From: an uncultured Muribaculaceae bacterium
GTDB lineage: Bacteria; Bacteroidota; Bacteroidia; Bacteroidales; Muribaculaceae
Reading direction: 5' to 3'
Assembly: GCA_948960475.1 (NCBI GenBank)
Contig: CARDOI010000004.1
Coordinates: 5,012-69,011, forward strand
Length of the DNA: 64,000 nt
Shown: in pieces, positions 59,988 through 64,000 of the stretch
How positions within the stretch are numbered: the stretch's first letter is position 1
Layout of the letters: each line of letters begins with the position of its first letter
Made by a program: the position numbers and the translations under genes
The notes under the pieces: model-generated
What the model was told of the DNA's origin: nothing
The model's input: the letters and a program-made list of their open reading frames with translations, nothing else
The model's database searches: none

Positions 59988-60764
59988 ATGAAAAAGATAT
60001 TGCTTGTAGCATCACTTCTGACGACACTTGTATCTTACGCCGCATTCGCTTGGGATGTACCCAAGGAAAGACTCACCTATGACGTAATGTACAAATGGGG
60101 GCTTATAAACAAAAAAGCCGGTTCGGTTTCACTGACCACATCGCCCCATGCGACACAACATGAGTTCAACGCCGAGCTGGTGGGAGCAACCGCACCATGG
60201 GCCGACCACTTTTTCATGTTGCGTGACACATTGAAAGGCACCATCGATTCCCGCAATTTCTTTCCGAGCTATTATGAAAAAATAGCCCACGAAGGTGGTG
60301 CATATGACCACGACATCCTTCACTACACACGTTCTGGCGAAAAAGTCCGTGCCAACGCCACCATGTGGCACCGGCGGAAAAAAGAAAAAACCGTGGAGCG
60401 CACTGAAATGGTTCATGAAGCCGAGGGCGCGACAATGGATATGCTAAGTTCGTTCTATTACATGCGGCAACTCGACTTTCCTTCAATGAAAAAAGGGGAC
60501 AGCATTAGACTCAATGTGTTTTCAGGCCAGAAAAAAGAATTTCTCACCATTCATTTCCAGGGGATGGAAAATGTGAAAATCGGCAAAAAAAGCTACCAAT
60601 GTTATCACATAACCTTCACATTCACCACCAAAGGAGGCACCAAAAGTTCCGACAACATGGACGCATGGATTTCGACCCACGGCACACGCATACCATTGCT
60701 TATGGAAGGAAAGCTCCCGGTGGGTAAAGTGCGCGCCGTCTACTCCGGCCCCATCCCTGATTAA
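59988..60764 (+). CDS. DUF3108 domain-containing protein (paralog 2)
   Basis: It shares blocks with paralog 1: KWGLINKKAG, LSSFYYMRQ, HITFTF, MDAWISTHGTRIPL. Confidence 0.7.
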   Translation: MKKILLVASLLTTLVSYAAFAWDVPKERLTYDVMYKWGLINKKAGSVSLTTSPHATQHEFNAELVGATAPWADHFFMLRDTLKGTIDSRNFFPSYYEKIAHEGGAYDHDILHYTRSGEKVRANATMWHRRKKEKTVERTEMVHEAEGATMDMLSSFYYMRQLDFPSMKKGDSIRLNVFSGQKKEFLTIHFQGMENVKIGKKSYQCYHITFTFTTKGGTKSSDNMDAWISTHGTRIPLLMEGKLPVGKVRAVYSGPIPD

Positions 60765-61402
60765 CAAATTGAATCAGGCTCCGTAAACGGAAGCGAGAAC
60801 CGTGCCGACTGGGCAATGCGGCGGTCGCGCCAGCATTTGCGGCACACCGCGATATAACGGTCGTCACCTCCTATCTCAACTTGTGCACCCTCGTTGACGA
60901 AATCTCCGTTGGAATCTATTCTTGCATTGACAATAGTCTTGTGCCCACAGGTACAAGTCGATTTTATTTCATCAATCGTATCAGCGATTTCAAACAGCCG
61001 GCGCGAACCCTCAAACAAGTGGGTCTGGAAATCGGTGCGCAGTCCGTAACAAATCACATTGCTTCCGAAATCATCCACAACACGCGAAAGCTGGTCCACC
61101 TGCGAGGCTGTGAGGAATTGCGCCTCGTCCACAAGAAACCATTCCACCACCGCTCCGATATGCTCGAAATAGCTCCTGGCAGATTCATAAAGGTCGGTAT
61201 CAGGATAGATCCATTGGCATTCCCGCTCGATGCCTATACGCGAGCGTATAACATTCTTTTGGTCGCGGGTATCGACCACAGGCTTCATGCACAGGTAACG
61301 CATCCCGCGTTCCTCGAAATTATAAGCCGTTGTAAGAAGGAGTGCCGTCTTGGCCGACCCCATGGTGCCATAACGGAAATATAATTTGCCTATTCTGTTC
61401 AC
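60761..61402 (-). CDS. tdk: Thymidine kinase
   Basis: YFRYGTMGSAKTALLL (P-loop), VDEAQF, and zinc-binding Cys pairs CTCGHK...AVCRKC. Confidence 0.93.
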   Translation of the reverse strand: MNRIGKLYFRYGTMGSAKTALLLTTAYNFEERGMRYLCMKPVVDTRDQKNVIRSRIGIERECQWIYPDTDLYESARSYFEHIGAVVEWFLVDEAQFLTASQVDQLSRVVDDFGSNVICYGLRTDFQTHLFEGSRRLFEIADTIDEIKSTCTCGHKTIVNARIDSNGDFVNEGAQVEIGGDDRYIAVCRKCWRDRRIAQSARFSLPFTEPDSIC

Positions 61403-61555
61403 GTCGGTTTATCTTAGAGTATGTTTACTTTTAGAAGGTTTCGCAGCCCAAAGATAGGCAATCTCAATGGATTCCCTGTCTATCCGTTCCCAAAACTTAT
61501 CAACATTTCCGTCCGTTATGAATTCTTTGTACCTTTGCATTAAAGAACCCGTCAG

Positions 61556-62890
61556 ATGCAAGAAGAAAACAACCTCCGGCTCACAAGCGAAAGCACCGAA
61601 AATCTCATTCATGACCCATGGGACCGTGAGCACCTGTGGCATCCATACACATCGGCTATCAATCCCCTACCGACATATAAGGTAGATTCGGCCTCCTGCG
61701 TGAGAATCCGGCTTGTCGACGGCACGGAGCTGATCGACGGCATGTCGTCGTGGTGGGCCGTCATCCACGGATACAACAATCCGGCTGTCAACGCGGCAAT
61801 CACAACCCAGCTTGAAAAGATGAGCCATGTGATGTTCGGTGGGCTCACACATGAACCGGCCATAGAGCTTGGCAAACGCCTCCTTGCCATCGCACCGCCG
61901 TCGATGCACAACATTTTTTATGCCGATTCCGGCTCCGTTGCAACTGAAGTTGCCATGAAGATGGCAGTGCAGGCCGCAGTTAGCCGTAGCGGCTCGCATA
62001 AAAAGACAAATTTCGCCACAATCCGTTGCGGATACCACGGCGACACATGGAACGCCATGAGTGTATGCGATCCCGTGACCGGTATGCACGGGGCATTCGG
62101 CTCCGCACTCCCCGTGCGCTTTTTCGTGCCGCAACCGCGCTCACGGTTCAACGGCAATTGGAATCCCGAAGATATCGCCCCGCTACGCTCCCTTTTCAAT
62201 GAAAAAGCCGATGAGATTGCAGGGTTGATTCTCGAACCGATAGTGCAGGGAGCCGGCGGGATGTGGTTCTACCATCCCCAGTTCCTGCGGGAAGCACGCA
62301 AATTGTGCGATGAGTTCGGAATATATCTGATTTTCGATGAAATAGCCACCGGATTCTGGCGTACCGGCCGCTGCTTCGCATGGGAACACGCCGGGGTAGA
62401 GCCTGATATAATGTGTGTCGGCAAAGGGCTGACCGCCGGTTACATGACAATGAGTGCCGTCCTCACAACCGCGGATGTAGCCAGAACCATATCGGAGGGG
62501 GAGGCCGGAGTGATGATGCACGGTCCCACTTTCATGGGAAATCCACTCGCATGTGCCGCGGCCATAGCTTCACTCGACCTTCTCGCATCGCAGCCCATGG
62601 CAAAAGTGGTCGACGGCATATCGAAAGGGCTTGAAAGCGGCCTCGCCCACGCCCGTGAGATGACCGACCGTGTTGCGGATGTGCGTGTTCTCGGTTCAAT
62701 AGGGGTAGTGGAGATGAAACAACCTGTCAACGTCGGGCGTTTTCAAAAAGAGTGCGTGCGGCGCGGTGTCTGGATACGTCCGTTCGGGCGTATGGTCTAC
62801 ATAATGCCACCCTATATTATCAACGAGGATGACCTGCGCACACTCACCCGTGAAATGCTCAACATCCTAAAAACTGAAGAATGGAAATAA
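61556..62890 (+). CDS. bioA: Adenosylmethionine-8-amino-7-oxononanoate aminotransferase
   Basis: HLWHPYTS...[18 protein letters not shown]...[13 protein letters not shown]...VGKGLTAGY carries the PLP lysine. Confidence 0.93.
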   Translation: MQEENNLRLTSESTENLIHDPWDREHLWHPYTSAINPLPTYKVDSASCVRIRLVDGTELIDGMSSWWAVIHGYNNPAVNAAITTQLEKMSHVMFGGLTHEPAIELGKRLLAIAPPSMHNIFYADSGSVATEVAMKMAVQAAVSRSGSHKKTNFATIRCGYHGDTWNAMSVCDPVTGMHGAFGSALPVRFFVPQPRSRFNGNWNPEDIAPLRSLFNEKADEIAGLILEPIVQGAGGMWFYHPQFLREARKLCDEFGIYLIFDEIATGFWRTGRCFAWEHAGVEPDIMCVGKGLTAGYMTMSAVLTTADVARTISEGEAGVMMHGPTFMGNPLACAAAIASLDLLASQPMAKVVDGISKGLESGLAHAREMTDRVADVRVLGSIGVVEMKQPVNVGRFQKECVRRGVWIRPFGRMVYIMPPYIINEDDLRTLTREMLNILKTEEWK

Positions 62891-64000
62891 GAGAATATCT
62901 CCAGCAGTTGCACGCCGAGGGGAACTACCGTGAGATTCCCACCGTGATGCCACTCACTGTCACCGACTACTCCACCAACGACTATATGGGACTGGCACAG
63001 GAACCCGGCCTGCAGGCCAAGTTTTTCACCGACCCAATCTCCGCAACCGTGCCGATGACCTCGTCGGCGGCACGTCTGCTGGCACCACGGCAAATTGAAT
63101 ACACCAATCTGGAAGTGTTCCTCTCGCTTCTTTACAAACGCCATCGCGGCGAGGACACCGCCGCCCTGATGTTCAACAGCGGCTATCATGCCAACACCGG
63201 CCTGATTCCAGCCATTGCAGGAAAAGATACCCTCGTGATTGCCGACCGGCTCGTCCATGCATCGATTATCGACGGAATCGTTCTGTCGCGTGCGCCATTC
63301 CAGCGCTTCCGCCACAACGACTTCGACCATCTCGAACAAATGCTGCTTATAAAAGGGAACGGCCACAAACATGTGCTGGTGATTGTGGAAAGCGTCTACA
63401 GCATGGATGGAGACCATGCCGACATCGAACGCCTACTTTCCATCAAACGCCAACACCCCAATGTGATTCTCTACATCGACGAGGCTCACGCATTCGGAGT
63501 GCTCGGCCCAAAAGGGCTGGGATTGTCGGCAGCAAGCAGTGCACCAGCCGAGATTGATGTGATTGTCGGTACATTCGGCAAGGCAGCCGCATCCATGGGC
63601 GCTTTCGCCGTTGTAGGTCGCGACATGCGCGACTATCTCGTCAACACCGCCCGCAGCTTCATCTTCTCAACCGCAATCCCCCCAATGCAAGCCGCATGGA
63701 CGCGTTTCACACTCGGGCAACTCATACAGAAAGACAACCGCCGCGAACATCTCGCACGCCTTGGTGTGCAGCTCCGCGACACCTTGGCCAAATATTCCGA
63801 CATACCTGTTGAGGCTTCACACATACAGCCGCTCATCGTGGGCGACCCCAAAAAAGCCGTTGAACTTTCGCGCCAGCTCCTATCACGTTACGGCATAAAA
63901 GCCCTCCCGATACGAAAGCCGACGGTTCCGGCGGGAACCGAACGGTTGCGTTTCAGCCTCTCGTCGGCAATGCTCCCACGGGATATCGAAGCGCTCGGCA
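62881..64000 (+). CDS. bioF: 8-amino-7-oxononanoate synthase, 3' end outside window
   Basis: Not in the ORF track because no stop falls inside the window. The ATG at 62881 overlaps the bioA stop by 10 nt. My translation reads [20 protein letters not shown]...NDYMGLA...ESVYSMDGD...[10 protein letters not shown]...[11 protein letters not shown], with the PLP Lys. Confidence 0.9.
   Translation, partial: MEIREYLQQLHAEGNYREIPTVMPLTVTDYSTNDYMGLAQEPGLQAKFFTDPISATVPMTSSAARLLAPRQIEYTNLEVFLSLLYKRHRGEDTAALMFNSGYHANTGLIPAIAGKDTLVIADRLVHASIIDGIVLSRAPFQRFRHNDFDHLEQMLLIKGNGHKHVLVIVESVYSMDGDHADIERLLSIKRQHPNVILYIDEAHAFGVLGPKGLGLSAASSAPAEIDVIVGTFGKAAASMGAFAVVGRDMRDYLVNTARSFIFSTAIPPMQAAWTRFTLGQLIQKDNRREHLARLGVQLRDTLAKYSDIPVEASHIQPLIVGDPKKAVELSRQLLSRYGIKALPIRKPTVPAGTERLRFSLSSAMLPRDIEALG

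Noticed and set aside
61409-61642. 77-aa minus-strand ORF between tdk and bioA. A shorter 43-aa version starts at 61540.
   Set aside because: The long version overlaps the bioA start by 87 nt. The short version is possible but has no recognisable family and no independent support, so I left it unannotated.

Overview
This 64-kb chromosomal segment has the gene content, synteny and promoter style (TAnnTTTG -7 boxes, no Shine-Dalgarno sequences) of a Bacteroidales (Bacteroidota) genome. I support about 60 protein genes and one tRNA-His. Most are housekeeping: trxB (3' fragment), folD, ffh, panD-panC, recR, rplY-pth-S4 protein, folE, tpiA, htpG, a ClpC-type unfoldase, gyrA, aguA-aguB, rsfS-ftsH, kdsB, rho, tdk and bioA-bioF (3'-truncated). 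I saw no rRNA, CRISPR array, integrase or transposase.

The most interesting region is a terminator-bounded three-gene cassette at about 29.9-33.2 kb, just after the conserved gyrA-TPR block. It encodes a DUF262 (ParB-like, DGLQR motif) protein and a translationally coupled DUF3696-type ABC ATPase. The third gene is a His-rich 252-aa protein with no family I can recognise. I read it as a candidate anti-phage or defence system. It may be related to Menshen-type systems, but this needs checking with HMM tools.

Other observations worth a second look:
- a fused ABC-ATPase/DUF4435 (Toprim-like, PARIS/OLD-like) gene at 40.0-41.6 kb
- an AT-rich C10 cysteine-protease plus lipoprotein pair next to tRNA-His
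- an orphan TPR sensor kinase whose H-box histidine is replaced (SGE instead of SHE)
- a standalone HIRAN gene coupled to ftsH
- a 190-bp element with perfect 18-bp terminal inverted repeats between two tandem DUF3108 paralogs
- a Rho with a roughly 330-aa disordered insertion carrying three RGRKP motifs and a long C-rich leader
- a TonB-dependent receptor locus with two YncE-like propellers, one carrying a T9SS sorting tail

Everything here is read by eye from the sequence and ORF track. No searches were run.
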